Positions 37,868 to 53,400 of a stretch of 64,000 nt of DNA are shown here, one piece after another (the stretch's first letter is position 1; every line of letters begins with the position of its first letter). The position numbers and the translations under genes are program-made. Under the pieces are notes generated by a model, which searched no databases, was not told the origin of the DNA, and was given only the letters and a program-made list of their open reading frames with translations. Source of the stretch: Phoronis australis (lineage: Eukaryota > Animalia > Phoronida); contig NMRA01000020.1 in the NCBI GenBank assembly GCA_002633005.1, positions 273,621 through 337,620 of the forward strand, read 5' to 3'.

Positions 37868-40800
37868 CTACAATGAAAAAAGGACGGAAAATTAGAACTG
37901 TGATCCTAATGCTAACTCACACAATTTAAGCACCCTCTTCTGGCACTATGTTGGGGACTTGTTCTGTATCTACTGCTAGATAGTAAATGAATTTACAGTA
38001 AATTCATTTTGATTTATTATTGTTACATTCGTCATTACAGTTCCTGAAGTAAGTTGTAATGCTGACACAAAATGACAAGCTGAGAAGTATGTGATACATC
38101 ACTCCCCATATTTTATCCAACTCTGCACAGAGGTGTTGGGACTCCTAACCTTTCGAAAACTATGAAAGAAGTGAAAGAAGACTGCTGGATTCGGGGATGT
38201 GACAATTGCTTTTGTTTAAATTTGCAGCTTAATTTTAACTTGAACACTTCGCACAAAAATATAAACAACAATTTTAGTTACAGCCAGCAAAACTGGATCA
38301 CTAGTTAAAGGCGAAGGCAACCTTTTTCATGTCATTTTTAGCAAAAATAAGGGTCGTTGATCATCTGACATATTTTTTAGTTAATTGGAGTTTTTTGTAA
38401 TTTAAACAATTACTCGTCCTACAGAAAACATAATGAAATCCTTACCTTACTTTTTTTTAAAAAGAGAAGAACGATAAAATGTAACCAATTTTAGGACACA
38501 ATATGGCAGACAAGAGAAGATTGATTTTATTTTCTCATTTTTTCCACATATAAGTCTTGCCACAATAAGACGATGTTTAGAAAATTGTGGGTATGATAGT
38601 AACGCAAGAAGGGCCTAAAAATGAAACATCAATTTTGGCAATTGTCAGAAATTGGCGTGATTTTACCACAGTACCTAGAAACTGATTGTTCATAAAAATG
38701 AGGTCAAGTAACTAGAGACCCTTTACCATGCAATAACTCTGCAACTATGTAAGATACAATGTTTTACTGTGAAGTTAGTAATACTGTTCCCCTCAGTTTA
38801 GGAGTTATTCTGACAACTAAGCGTCATCTAGTAGTAGAGCAGGAAGTCATTTTGCATAGCACGTTGAGTAATTTTTTGGTAATGTAAAAATGCAGCAAAT
38901 ACATGGATAAATTGAAACAGAATGTATATATTTGAACAAAAAGATTAACAAATATTAACCAGTCACCACCCGCTGTTAGCAAATGCACTTGACCCCTGTC
39001 GATAACTTCGGTGGCATTGAATTTACCACTAAGCGTTAAATCCACTTCTTTACTCTGGAATAAACTCGCACTTTTAAATTTGATCTAAAACCAAAGTTAA
39101 GTGTTCCCACCGACTGAAACTTCGCCTACACCGAAGCTTTGGAGCCAGTGGGAAAGGTCTTTTAGCAACGAAACTAACTTCACATTTGGCAACGGGGGAA
39201 CTTTGCTTGGTAGCGTTTGACAAGTTAACATTATTCATAAGCATGGAGCACTGCTATGTTTTCATACAACTGAAAACATTTCCAGTGTTTCTGTAATAGA
39301 TTCGTCACAGTTCTCCCAACTTAAAGCCAAATCCATGAACAGTTATTTATCAAGAAGTGTACATCAGCACTGCATAAATATCAAGATTTATTTGGATTAA
39401 ACTGTAGATATTTTCTCAGAAAACATCCAACACCCCTCCTGCAGTCAAACTGACAGGATCTCCTAATTATAAGACTACTGAATGGTATAAGGGACCTTTA
39501 TAAACCATTCTCACTGAAAAACAACACAGGGTAAGTTTCAACACTGTATAATTCTGGAGTTATTTTAATTCTAGACAAAACTGACCTTTATTTGTTCTGG
39601 GTGCCTTTAAATGGGATTTATGCCAGACCAGTTGAAAAGCTCATACACCTGGTACATAATTCTATTTGCACAGGCCATAAATTGAGCTGATGTATTGAAT
39701 GTATACAGAATGTCAAAGGTAGAGAGAATAACACAGGAACAAATAGCCATTCTGTTTTTGATGTTAGGCAAATAGTTCAAGAAGAGATTGGAATGAGACT
39801 TTCTTAAACTGAAGAGGTGTTCCTGGTTTAAATAAAGCCAGAGTTCCTGGATCAGGATACACGATTCAAAATACATTTTGGCCCTGAAAGTATTTTTCAA
39901 GACAAGTTGACTGCATGGACCCATGACATCACCACTTTGCATCACTACAATGCATCACTGACATTACTTGCATATCAAAACCATAAAGGGGTATCTGCCA
40001 TTTCCACTTCAGGGAAGTTGACCCATCGCTCATCATATTTTAGTGGGTAAAAAGCCAGTAGCCACTTGACTTCAAAGAGGCCAGTCCCAAGTATTCTCAT
40101 TGGTACAAGCTTATCTTATCCTTACTTCACTTCCTCCTTTCCAAAATAATGTTTTGCATAAGAACAACCTTACATTTTGGTATCAAAGTGCTTTAACCTA
40201 AGATGAAGTCATCAACTCTTTGGAAGTCTGATACTAGAACATCAACCACAGGTGTTTCATTAATCACCCGAGCCAGCAAACAAAAAAGTAAGGGCTTTTA
40301 ATTAAGGTCAAATCCTGACTAAAGACTATGAGCTTGAAACCCATGGGGTTGTGCATGAATATTTGCATCCAAGCTCAGCTCTAGTGTACCCATACTACAC
40401 AATTTTGTGTTATTACCAGCCTAGCTCTTTAAAGTACCATTCAAACTACCAATTACCTACCCATGGAATGAGTAAGGGCTAGGTTGGCAGTAATGCCAAT
40501 GCCAATTGTGCTAAGGCAGTTTGACATGTGTGACAACTCACACCACATTATCCAGGTAGAGTAACTTGTTCTACAGTAAATTGCCCTAATGCAAGTCCTA
40601 GTGTGAACCCAAACCTGTGGAAAAGGCAGAAGTAATAACCAGCCACACACTTGCCAGTTACTAGCACAGCCATACAGGGTGGCTAAACCTATTTGAGCCA
40701 TCTTTGTTACATGATGGTGTGTGTGTGTGGTGTGGACAGACAGGGCTCTAGTGCAAGTTGTTCCAGGGCATGGTCATTGTTACTCATAAAGCGCGTGTAA

Positions 40801-43800
40801 AGTTTTTGGCTTAAAATGTAAGAAAATTCCATTTTACAACATTCTAACACAAGAAACTGTAAAAACAGAGGAAAAGAATCTATGATGTCATGAGGTATGA
40901 ACTCGTCAGTAACCTGGAAGAAGTTACTTATCATAACGAGGTTTCACCTGTCTGGCCTCAACTAGCCTGGTATTTGCACAACTGTAATTACACGTTCCCC
41001 AAGTCCACCTTTTTAGCCTTAATGAAACGCTAATCAATACAATTTCACCTGCATAATTCCAGAACAATTCGCATTGAATAAGAACGGCTGAAGCACTTAC
41101 CCATGTTTCCTGAATATTTCATGAAGAGGCCATAGATATAAACAATGTACCGAAAGCTAACCCGTACGTTTTAAAACTAATTAGATTTGCCCGCTTTACA
41201 AACCTCGCTGTCAATTGTTAATTAATATGATAACAATAAATCACAACTCAAACATATAGGATATGAATGTTGTGTAGAAAATGTTTATCATATTTCTTCT
41301 TTTGTAATATGATACGAACCCTAGTTATCTATTTAGAGAATATAACTTATATCTTATAATTTCAGAAACTATTTTTAAATAAATTCAACAAAGTATCAAC
41401 GATTCACCAACACCAGCTGACTAATAAAAAATACTAGGTCCAGTACCCTGCATTTTAAAAGCCATCACCATAGCAACATAAAGTAGGTAGGTAAAATCTC
41501 ACAAAATTGGGACACAACAAAAATTCTACCATTTAACATTTTCACTTGAAAAGTTGAACCAAACTGATGCTTTAGCATTTTTAAGTTTATACCACAGACA
41601 AATGTTTTGAGAAATTGTGGAGTTCAATACATTAATATCCTTTTAAAATTTGGCAAAACTGCTTTTGTCCGAAATTTCTGGTAGCCACTGCAATAATTTG
41701 TCTAAATTATTTCTAGTTTGTGATGTACTAATAATTACACAGCTAAACCTTCATTCAGTACTTACAGAGTCGGAGCATAACACTGAATTTCTTTCTGAAC
41801 TTGTCATGAATAGAAAAAATCATAGACACTGTTACGGCAGACAGAAGACAATTTATTCTCAGCACCAACGTATTGTTTTCATTTCTGTAGCAGGTGATTT
41901 TCGTAGTATGTTAAACCCTCACCAATTTAGGACACAATAAGGCAGACTAAGTAAAATTTCCTCCTTTCCTTTTTGTATTAAAGGTAGTAAGTCACCAAAC
42001 AAATGCTTTATCATCAAGCTCTATTGCAGCCACCATCAGGTGCTGAGCTCATTCAAAACAAAGTTCGAAACCTCCGAAAGAGTTTTTGTCCAAAACCACA
42101 CCGAAATTTAACGTTCATACAACATGCATCCGGCTGTACTTGACATATGGATCAACTTAACAATCTCAAAAGTTTTTTCTACCCTCAGGGGTTGTAACAT
42201 GCTTGAGTTAACCAGCTGTACACAGCTCACAATTGTCAGAAATTTCTACTTTAACCCACAATCTACACAGGTCAAGAGCTGGTCATATTTTGGTGACCAA
42301 CAAGAATGATAAAATGCAAAATTTGAGACAGTTCTTTATTACTGACGGTTCTTTGTTGCCGAAAGTGTTTGATTTTTTTGATTCTGAAAAATAGAATCAC
42401 GACAATCTTTACTTGGCCTTCTTTTTTCGTATTCTAGAAACTATGTATACGACCTTGGTTTTTCAGGCAACAAAACATTTGTAGCGAAAAAAATCACACA
42501 CCACACATTGGGGAAACTAAGAATAATTTGCTATTCTGTCATTTCAGATGATCAACTTTGAGCAGTGTTCTCCACAACCAGCCTTACTCACGAGTTTGGA
42601 CAAGATTCACGCTCACCTGTGTAAATTTTTTGTATATTTGGCTTAAGTCAGAGAACCGATTCCAGATTTGAAATTTCATGAAGAAATCTGCACACGTATG
42701 GTCCTCACAAGACTGACATACGGGAAAATTTAATATAAGAAGAAATACAGGAAGACAACTTTTTTCTAGTCACAATAACTTCTCGTCTATTTTGTACAAT
42801 TTAAGCAATAGCCAAAATTGTAATTTTTCCGTTTTTCTATTCTGATAACCCAGTAATACTGCACCAGATACAAATATCCGGTCCCAAGGCAGAAATCTTT
42901 TCAGACTTATGTTAGGATAGGAACAAAAATAGGTTTTTGAGAATAAAAATTGAACTTTAACCCTGAAAAAATAATTGCCTCGAAAAGGGTTTAACAACAA
43001 TCAAACATATAAACCTTGTTAAACAATAAGTCAACATGCTTTCACAACATAATCGACTATTGTAGAAATAACGAGACACTCTTTAACTCGGTCTGTGTAT
43101 TGACTGAACATAGTGCTAACATAAAAAACATGGCAAAAATATACCACCATGTATTAGCTTCAAGGCTTGCATCATTTAACTTACTACAAAGTACAGCTCA
43201 ACGGAAAGCATGAACTCTTCCATAATCAGAATATCTTTTCCTAGAAACTGAGAAATATTCTCAACAAAACCATAAAGACAGATCTTCTAAGAGATAAAAA
43301 GAGAGGTAGGGAAATTGGATATTTGGCCTACTTTACTCAATTGATGTCATAGTGTGAACCTTTTACTGCACACTGTGAGCCTCGATGGGGGGGGGGGGTT
43401 GTATTTCCTTAGGCAAGACATTCTCATGGACCAGAAAGACTGAGTTATCTTGCAAAACTAAAACATTCCAGCTTCGAAACTAATATTGTGAGGCAGCCAT
43501 TGCAGTGACCCCGCATTGCTAAGGTGTATAGGTCACTCACAAGACACCAGGTCATTCGCAAGGAACGAGGTCACTCACAAGACAGTCCCCTATCCCTCTC
43601 AGTACCATGATTCTGCATGATCTCCCTTTTCACGTAAGAAACTCAAACATGCAAAACGGAACCCAGGTTTCAGGGTTATAGATCCAGAGGCAAGATCAAG
43701 ATTACCATCCTACTTCCACTGCTTGGTTGGGAAAACTGTAAGTGGCCAGTTAATGACACCTACATACACCACAAAACTACTCAATTAGTGCCAAAAATAA

Positions 43801-44222
43801 GTACATGAAAACATAGCCTTCCTTGCAAGCTTAAAAGATAACCAATCAAATTCTTTTTAAGTACAGTAATTCAACTGTCAGTACATTGACAAGCCATTAC
43901 CACTCACATGACACGTTACAAACTCAGCTCTCTTGCTCTACCGTTTGTTGCCAAACATGGAACTTGCCACACAATGTGCAAAGTAATTGTTTTTCATTTC
44001 TTTTATTTTTACCCTGAGCTTTAAATTCCCATGACTTTCACATGTGTGAATAATTGAACACAAAACACAACATCATTTGGGCATTTTGGGCAACCTGGGG
44101 GTACTGAACTGGAATACTCTACTTTATTTCCTAAAAACAATTTTGCCAAAACAACTATTTTTACATATTTTTCAATAGGCTAAAGACCTTTTTTCAAAAA
44201 TAATAGGAGCTTCAGCAAATGA

Positions 44223-44310
44223 TGCTTCATGACATCTACACACTGCAAACTGTGCTTGTAATAGACTGCTTCATGACATCTACACACTGCAAACTGTGCT
44301 TGTAATAGAC
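44223..44310. repeat. Perfect tandem duplication, 2 x 44 bp
   Basis: tgcttcatgacatctacacactgcaaactgtgcttgtaatagac twice. Confidence 0.95.
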
Positions 44311-46159
44311 TTAAATGTAAGCAATCTTAACTTTCCTGGAAAAATTTGACAAAATAGAATTTCACTTGTCAGCCATATTGGGTGTTAAATATAAGTGGAG
44401 ACTAAACTGACAGACAACCTTATGGTAGTTTTGGGACATTAATACAGCAGCAGCAGTGATTAGCAAATAGTGCTTCCAGATGTGAAGGATGGTAATAGAA
44501 CATGTTAATAGGATTCATAGCCACTCAGCACAAACCTCAGGTCAACAGTCATACCATTATCACCAAGTAATTAGCTTTTCCAAGCTGTGCCGGGTACGAA
44601 AACAAAAGAGGTCAGAACAATAGCGGGCGCCAACCGCATCAAAATGTTACACAAAAATTTAAACACAAGGGCACAAGTGGAAATAAGTTTTTGTCATTTT
44701 TTAATAAAATATGAATAGTATTACCGTAAACAGACACGTGAGTATTTCAAAGCTCTATAACACAGTTACCGTAATATCAGACAAAGTTTTGAGAACTTGT
44801 AGGCGTTCACAGCATTGTTAGAAGCTTTTGAAACATGAAGAAAGCTAGATCAAATCTGGCAATTTTCGTCAGAAATCAGTGAGATTTTAATTTACAATGA
44901 TTATCATTACCACCAATTTTTACTGAAGTGCTAGTTAACAAAAACTGCAACTTTCAACTCTCAACAAATTTTGCTGAACACCCATATAGGACTAGGAATT
45001 ATCTTTCTGTTTGACAGGAAGATGGTGTTTTGATACATCCTGTTGACCCTCAAGCACCAAGATGAGGGGTATTACATTAGGTAATAGGTTACTGTACAGT
45101 TTCTTCCACAGAGGCATAAACTCCACGGCACCCTCTTAAAATTCCAAAATCCCAACCCTTTGCTGGGACTTCCGTACTGTTGTTAATTTGAACCATTTAA
45201 TTATTTTTTTGGAGGCTTTTTTTATTTTCGATTCGATTCTTGTTTGTCGAATTAATTCTTTTTTTCCCTCAAATATAACTAGTCAACTTATCACTCGTTA
45301 CAATTTTATCAACAAAATTGTTAAATATGGAAAGATTCCAACTAACGAACAATCCTAAGATGTTTATTTGTTCAATATCTCAATAATACTCTTTGTGAGA
45401 CACCTACAATAAGTAAGCCCTTTTGTATGCACTCAAAGGTGGTTTCCTTCTCTAGAGAGTTTTGACAGGAAAGGCAGAATTTTGTAGAGGAACTAGTAGG
45501 AAAACAATTACCTTTATACATCTTCAAAGGGTGTGCCTCGTGCCCACATTTGTATGGTAAAATGGCACCAGTTTAAGACACAACATGATGGACTGGTGAA
45601 ATTTGAACTTCATTTTCTCATTATAAAAATTGTACACTATACAGAACCAGAATGATGCTTTCCCTGTACTAACAGACAATATTTAAAAAATTAAGGTATT
45701 CACAACAATGGAAAAAGCCTGTGAAAAAATGAAAAAGTGTGTTTTTGGGGCAATTATTTTTATCCAAAACTGGTAAAACTTTACCATACTTCGGCCAGTT
45801 TTAACTGCGGAATCACTTGTCAAGTACTGGCATTGTGATGTGAATTGTGTTGCTCCCTCAAGATACTCGGGAGAACTACTTCCATTCTGAGACTGCCTGA
45901 ATTGATAGTGGCTTCCTTTTCAACAACAAACCACAAATGGGATGTTATAAATCCGAGTCTGAGGTTTTCCTTTTCTTCTTTCCGTTGTTTTTTATTGCAG
46001 AGGAGACATACTCTAACTAAGAATGTGGTTGGTTAAGATACCAAGATCCAGATTTATAAATAAAGTAAATCAGTTTGTTTGACATTCCACATCCTATTGA
46101 AGCTCAGCACATTATTGGGAACAAGACACCCCAACCTTTTTACAGGGAAACGAAGTAGC

Positions 46160-47401
46160 TGATGGCCAATCACTTTTTTCCTCTTCAGACTTAACAGTGG
46201 TCTTCACAGGAAGCACGCTTTCAGGTTATAGGCCCTGAATTATGGGCATTACGCACTTAGTGACCCAAGTAAGTTGCAGGCATTGAGAGACTGTAGGGGG
46301 AATCAAAATGGACACCCTTACTCAATGAAGCCTTGTTCAGGATTTGGACACCCAAGACGGCCATTATTTCAAGTTTGTAAAATTTTAGCCTCTTCGTTGA
46401 TTTTTTCTCGAGAGACAAATTTGAAAGCACAGTAAAATATGTTTTGGGCCTACAAACTTTATGGAATTGGACGTATTAAAGTAAAAAGGAAGGTGTTGAC
46501 AATGGGTTCAGTGTTGCTTGGTGAAAAGGGTGCAGTAAGCCCAAAATAATACTACTGCATCACTTCCTGCAAGCACCTTATCATAGTAATGAGTCAAGTG
46601 AACAAAACTATCTGCCCAATCACTGTCTGTTTACAGAGCCAATACGTCACGCTGCATTAATTTTTGACAAAACAGACAAAAGCTAGACAGTATTACATGC
46701 CTCAAAGGTGGGTAGACATATTAAAACTGCAGTAGCTATAGGCCTACTTGGTGATGCCCATGCATAAGGATTTGAAAAATGTGCACTGAATGCCTCGCAT
46801 GTTGACTTTGCTGGGGCGTTCACAGTTGTGTATTGGGCTACTAAGATTCCTTTCCCAATTATCAACACCAGATACAAGATTATGATGTTCTGATCAGAAA
46901 ACAGTAACGTTTGGAAACACTAAAAACAATTTAACAATTTAAGTGAGACTCAATTCGTTAAATTAACCATTAAGGTAATACCTGCAAGTCCCGAGCTTAT
47001 CCACAACTTTAACAACATCAGGAGAAATAGGCCACCCATCATGGACACTGAAGGGAAATTTTTGACCTTGATAAAATTACTGTTCAGGGGTAAATTACTC
47101 CATTTCAGCACATCAGCCTGAGACGTTGTACACCTGGGTATGCGCTGAACACTTAATGTCGCGTTCCAGTCATAATTTTCACGAAATAGAAGCTAACAAT
47201 TTGAGAACTTCGCAGCTCGCTCTCTCCCGTGAGAACTTTAAACTGCCATTAATTAACGACCAATCAAATGTGGGGTTCTAGGAAATTGTCGGCAGGTCAA
47301 CTGAAATCAGCCAATCAACGACCTTGTTTTCTATAGATTGTGTTGCCGCCTGGCGGAACAAACAACCTTGATTATGGAGAAAGTTGGTTTAAGTTTTGAT
47401 G
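46160..47401. promoter_or_regulatory. Putative divergent promoter region and + strand first exon (donor at 47402)
   Basis: At least five CCAAT boxes (about 46165, 46616, 46639, 47260, 47312) and a strong gatg|gtaagt donor at 47402. By eye the + strand changes from A/C-rich to T/G-rich here. Confidence 0.45.
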
Positions 47402-50400
47402 GTAAGTCCTCGGCTATTTATTTTCAATACATTGGATTGAATATCGATACTATGTACTGTTTATGATTTAGAGATTATTACCAGATGTTAATGTACCTCC
47501 AGTGTCTCTAAGATATGCAGAAATGGCATATCTTGTGTTTGAAAACTTCAAAGTTTTACTAATAAGTCCTCCCCTCGCTCTTGAATGATTCAACCGTCTC
47601 GTTTTCGTGAATCGTCATTTGTAAGCGTGGGCAGGGGCACGACGACTCCTGATTTATTTACATTGGACCATTGATATTGATATTTCATTTACTGACTCTA
47701 GGATGTTTGAGCTGGCTTAACTGAAGGATTGTCGACATTTACATTGTATCAGTAACTTGTTGTTCACTAACCGAGAGGGAAAGAGTAGTAAACTATCTCT
47801 GTCTCTGAATCTGAGTCTGACAGACAGGGTACTTGTTCAGTTCAGTGGCAGGGCAGTGTCAACAGGTACTGTGCAGTCAACCAGTCTGTGATTTACACTG
47901 ACTACAGTCAGTGAGCCAACATTAAGATCGCAGCTGCCAATTGTTCCACTTTTAGCAGTACTTTCTTGCTTTCTGAAAGTTCGAAACGCGTCCCGCGGCG
48001 CCACAGCATACTAAGTAGGCAACAAGTAGCTTCTACTCTTCTGCTATTGGGGCTACAGTACTCCAGTAAAAGTCGAGCGAACAGGTTCCTCTTGAAAACG
48101 ACAGCCAAAACCAGTTTTCACTTAATAACGACAATAGTTTACTTTAAATACTCTCGTCTCTATCAGGCTATATTAGTACGCATTTCATTTTCAGCCTGTG
48201 TGTTTTTAATTTAAATGGCGCGTAGTCCGGTTCCAGTTCCAACTGCCAAATGCGGTAAAATTTAATAATTATAATAATAGTTGTTCAGTTTGAGAAACAA
48301 TATGGCTGACAGACTTTGTTACTAAAAGCGTGTGAATGATACAAGGCAAATGAGCGTTAAGATATTAATTAGAATCGTTTTTCACGAAATTCTACATTTT
48401 TGCCACTGTTTAGCTGTGGTTTGCTTCCTGATAAACTGTGTAGTATACTTATATTTTTTCAATCAAAGTAAGTCAGTTGAACTTTGCCAAAAGGTAGAAC
48501 ATCACCCCCTTCCCATGTTGCCTAACGCACAACATGCAAAAGTCTTGATATAAGTCATTGCTAAATCTGACTCTTAGGTCTTACACTGATGTGCACAGCT
48601 TTGACTTATTTGTACTCCCATGAAAATTAAATTCACAAGTCTTTCTTCATGATTCAAGTTTCCATAAGCCGGGGAGGGCATTATTGGAATACCAAAATTT
48701 TGCGTGTTGTGACCATTTAGCGAGTAAACTTAATCATGCAAATCTTACAAATCAGTCGCTGATGGAAGTTTGCTACTGCGGTGATTTCAATGATTGTCGT
48801 ACTGAGCTATTTTACTTTAACTTAAGTTTCGCAACTTTTTTCTTTAATTCAAGGTATGAGTAAATTTCCTAGGCTTACTTCAAAGGAGTGATAAGTGGGT
48901 CTTGTCACCCTGCTGGGTTCGTTTTCAACACCACTTTCCATATGAAAGGACACCTTTTCAACAAAACCCTTAAGTGAATCAATTTCGTACCTGATGGAAA
49001 AAGCAGCGGGTGTTTTTCAGTATAGAAAGGCACACTAAGCTGTGCTTAAATGCTGATAGGTGATATTTTCAGTACTTTTTTGCTTGAATTCATAGTTAAA
49101 AGGCTTTGTCTCAATTACATCTTGTCACTCAACTATTTTATCTTTATAGACAATTTTTCACACCTCTTTGTACTTCATTGAACAGGAAAACCCGTCACCA
49201 AAAACTCTTGCATCGAAAACACTTCACCAACAACATGTGCTCAATACTGTAAACAATTGACATATTGCAAGTTCCGCGCCCTCGTGAAAAGCCGACTAAC
49301 AAACATTAAGTTTAAGTTTTACCCGACAGTGTGTTGTTTGTCGGTTAAAATGGTGACTTGGAATTGAAGAATGTTGTTGTGTTCTGTTTGGTCAGTTAAA
49401 CCGTCACTCAAAATCCTAGTGATAGGTCAATTGTCCGTCTGCAAAATTTGAAGTTCCTGCCTCTGTTGGAAAAAATACTTGGATAAGTTGGGACCTTTTT
49501 CGGGAGAATCACTGTGGACATACTTAAAAGCAGCAAGCGACACTTATAGCTTGACACCAAGTCGTATTTGGCTACTTCGCAAAAACCTCAGGTCGTCAAA
49601 CAAAAAATCTGAGGTTGCCAAAACTGAAGTGGAAATTCGTCGACTATAAAAAAATGCCATACTCCATTGTCTGAATCTCATGCGTACTTCTTCAATTTCT
49701 ACACGTAAAAAATAATTCCTCTTGCCAATCAACAAAGAACGCCTTTGCGGTGACTTGGGAGTTTCACCCAGTTTGCCAAAAACAATCTGAGGTCTCATTG
49801 GCGACTTGCTGATTGCTAGATCGAGAACTGAATGGTTAAAAATTCAGTTATCCTAGAAACTTTTCAAAAAAATTTGGAATTATATTAACCCCTTAATTTT
49901 TTAATCCATTCTCTAACTGGGTGGATATCCTAATTTTCTTGCTGCACTCTTCCTCAAAAATAACTAGTGTAGTTAGTATCCCTGTGGTAAAGCTACGTTT
50001 TAAGAAATCCTGTTCCAGTCCACACAAAATGCAGCAGTTTGAACAGATGCTACTTCCAAAATCGAAATGCAACTTCTTGAAAAACTTTACATCACGATAG
50101 TATTGGCATATTTTTGCAAATAAAAAACTTTGTAAATACAATGAAAAAGTTGCAGTTTCGGTCATGTCAACGGAGAACCTTTACACAAAAAGTTATTGCG
50201 CTTCGGGTTGAAAAATTTGTTAACTTGCATTAACCCTTGGTTTGAACACACGCCTAATTTTCCTTATCTTATGAAATACAGGCCAGCTCTTGCAACACCA
50301 AATGCCTTGAAATAGGCTTGAACGTTGCTCGACAGTTGTCTTTGCTTTACAAATGATTTGAAAATCCATAAAATGGTACAAACATTTTAGTTTATTCTTT

Positions 50401-53400
50401 AATAAAATGGTTAAATCTTTGAAGGTAAGACTTGCTCTTTTAGCATTTAATAAAATCTTACCAATTTCTGACAAAAATAATTACCAGAATTGTCCTTTTT
50501 CATTTAATTTCAAGGTCTTTTCATAATGTAGCAAATGCCCTCAATTTTACAAAACATTGAGTGGTGGTACAGAACTTGAACATGACTGAGTCCTCTTTAC
50601 TGCTACATAAACATTAAAGTAAACTCTCACAAATTCCGGACAAAAATAATTGCCAATATTGGTCTTCTTTCATTTTCAAAAGCTCCTGATATTGGGGCAA
50701 ATGTCAGCAATTTCTCTAAATATTGCCTGTTGCTACATTGAAAATAATAAAATCATTTATTTGGTGAAAATGAAAATGTACAATTTCATTTGTCCTTCAT
50801 ATTACGCCCCAAATGGTTGAAATTTTACGGTAGACAATAAAACTTCAATTGTCGGCCTTATTGTGTCCAAAACTGGAGAGATTTTACAGGAATTATGTAA
50901 AACCGAATCCTCATAAAATCAGCAAAACTCTCACCGTGACATTAAAACAGTGTTCAGACCAACTGAACCTAATTGCAAGCCTTTCTATTTTAACTTGTAC
51001 TGTTACTGTTCTCGGTGATGGTTTAAACTGTCGTAAACTAGTTTGTGGTGTTAGTTGTTAGTCGGTTCCCGTTTTATCCAAGTTAGAGATGTGATCACCA
51101 CTTCGCTTACAGAGGTATAACGTTTACAACTACTGTGTTCATAGCAAGTTACAATGCTTGCAACCTCTCGTTAAAGCACCCTCGTAGAGAGTTATAATTG
51201 TGCTACAGTTATAACTTTTAAAATCGGTTTTAAAGTGTTCAGGCCAAGAGATATAACCTTAAATGGGTTTCATAAGTTTTAACCTCTTTGGTGTGAACAG
51301 GGCATCAATGTGACCCTATCTGTCAGAAGTACAGTACGTGATCACTGAACACTCCTTGTTTGTAGAAATGTCTTTATGATATACCATAGCTGAACTGTGT
51401 GTCAGTTGTTTACATCTAGCTGATAGGTAAAGTGGGGCTTCATTTTTGTGTGCAGCCTGCATACCTGAAGCAGGACACATGCTGTTATCAGTGTTGGCTG
51501 GCTCTGTCTATAGACCTGGTTTCAAGTTTTGGCTCTGTGGAGGAATTCATTTGATGTCAAAATGGTCGTTTTTACCTGTGGAACCCCGGGACAAAAAGCA
51601 GTTGACAGAATATGCTTATGTATGAAGCAGCCATAGCTAACAAGACTCAACGAACTTGACCTTGGTATTTTCAAAGCCAAGAATGTTTTTCAGAACGGAT
51701 GATTGATCGTTCCTGATCATGTTTAAATTTTCTTTCATCTAGTTAAAGCTTCATACCCCACTCACAGGTCTTGTGTAGTAACATAAACACTCTGTGTTCA
51801 CCGCCAAAGCTCCTGTTTTGACAGGCTCAGCTCATACAAAAGTGATCATAATGCGAACAGTTTTGTGCTGTTTTCTACCTTGTTTTTACACGCCTTTGTC
51901 TGCCGCAAACACTCCATTGTCAGTCGCCTTCAAAACTTTGCGAAATACTATAAGTCGGTCACAAAGTCTTTTCTTTATAAACAAGCGTGTGAAGAGCATA
52001 CAGAAATATCTTAGCACTTATTTTTGGTGAGCAGTAAACTGCAGACCTCTAAGATGTCCTGAAGGATGGTGTCTCTGACATGGTTAAGCCACCAGGTTTG
52101 GTGAATTTATAAATGTAGTGTTTTCATAGTTAATTATTTATTTATTTGTTGATGACGTATATTCTGCTGCTGTTGGCAAGAACAAACATGGTCTAGTGTG
52201 AAAGATAACAACATAGTCAGGTGTTATAATCAGTAACATCACCAGTTTAATTAAATAAGTGGCTTGGTCTGTAAAATTTCACCCTTGTCCCCAGATTTAA
52301 ACTATATATTCGCATGAGTGGCGAAAACCCTCAGTTTTTCTGTTTGGAAAATGCAAGCATTTCAGTCAGGAGTCATTTTTGTTAGCGGATAGTTCGATTC
52401 CTCACCACTCTAATGGCCTTTTAAGTGAACATTGCTCACTGCACTAAATTGATTACTGGAATGATAAACAGAGGTCTCCATCCCTGGACTTTTGTAAGGT
52501 AAGCAGTATGGCCACAGAAATGTTAGCTGAAGATCTCCAGTTTTGGGGTTTACTGAACCGCCATCAAAGTGCCTGCAAAAATTCAGTTACTGAGTTTTTG
52601 CTGTAGTGAAAATGCTAACGAAGTGTCCTTCAGTAAAGTCTTAAAGTTAATTTGATGACCAATCTTTTAACAGTCTTTTTATCATTTGGTTATTTACTCT
52701 ATTCTGCAAATCAATGCATATGGAGTTTGAGTGAGTGTCCTTTACAGTGGTCTTCTTGTGAAATTTGATGTCAAAACAAGTTCACTAACGGACATAAATT
52801 GATTAATGCCGTGACAAACAAAAGCCTCTTACCCCTGCAGCATGTCAGTGATCTGACTACAGAAGTGCTAGCTGAGTGAAATAGCCAGTAGTTTGAGGTA
52901 ATTCAAATCGCCAGCAAGGCCCTAGTAAGTGGGTCACATGCAACCGTTCACATGGTTAGTGTTTTACTGCTATCGAAAATGCTAGTGTTTTGTTATCTCT
53001 GTTTTGCAAGAATAGAAACAGTGAACCATATGGCAGGTTCTCACTGATTATGTGGTGGTGCTGTTGTTTGTTTGTATCTTACAGTGAGGACAACTGTAAT
53101 GAGTGGCGCAGGTAAACATTTTGGACAAGCGTGCTCAGTGCACCTGTTCTTTGATTCGTACGACCGTAATTTCAGAGTATTGAGTATGCATACCACGGAC
53201 AGAAGAGTTCTGATTCAGATTTACATAAACAAGTGGTGTTTGCTCAGAGCACTAGTATTTTACAGTTAAACAAAAAATAATTTTCATACTCATCAAATTT
53301 TGTTGATTGCCATAGAATTTTTTGACACAGCACGGCGGGCAGGTGATGTTTTATTTTGTCAAATTTCTCAACAAAAATGACTTCAGGAAAATAACTTTGC

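Noticed and set aside
41046-41170. Signal-peptide exon of the Ig gene
   Set aside because: Minus-strand donors exist (41050, 41100), but no frame gives a convincing Met-initiated hydrophobic leader.
41978-42995. Complete TTAA-target element or KolobokP solo repeat
   Set aside because: The ttaaaggtagt start and TE-like interior are suggestive, but I could not find a matching opposite terminus. The same applies to lone ends near 17089, 21385, 26453 and 38305.
47908-48214. Overlapping ORFs near the putative promoter
   Set aside because: They are short, have no domain and no supporting splice structure.
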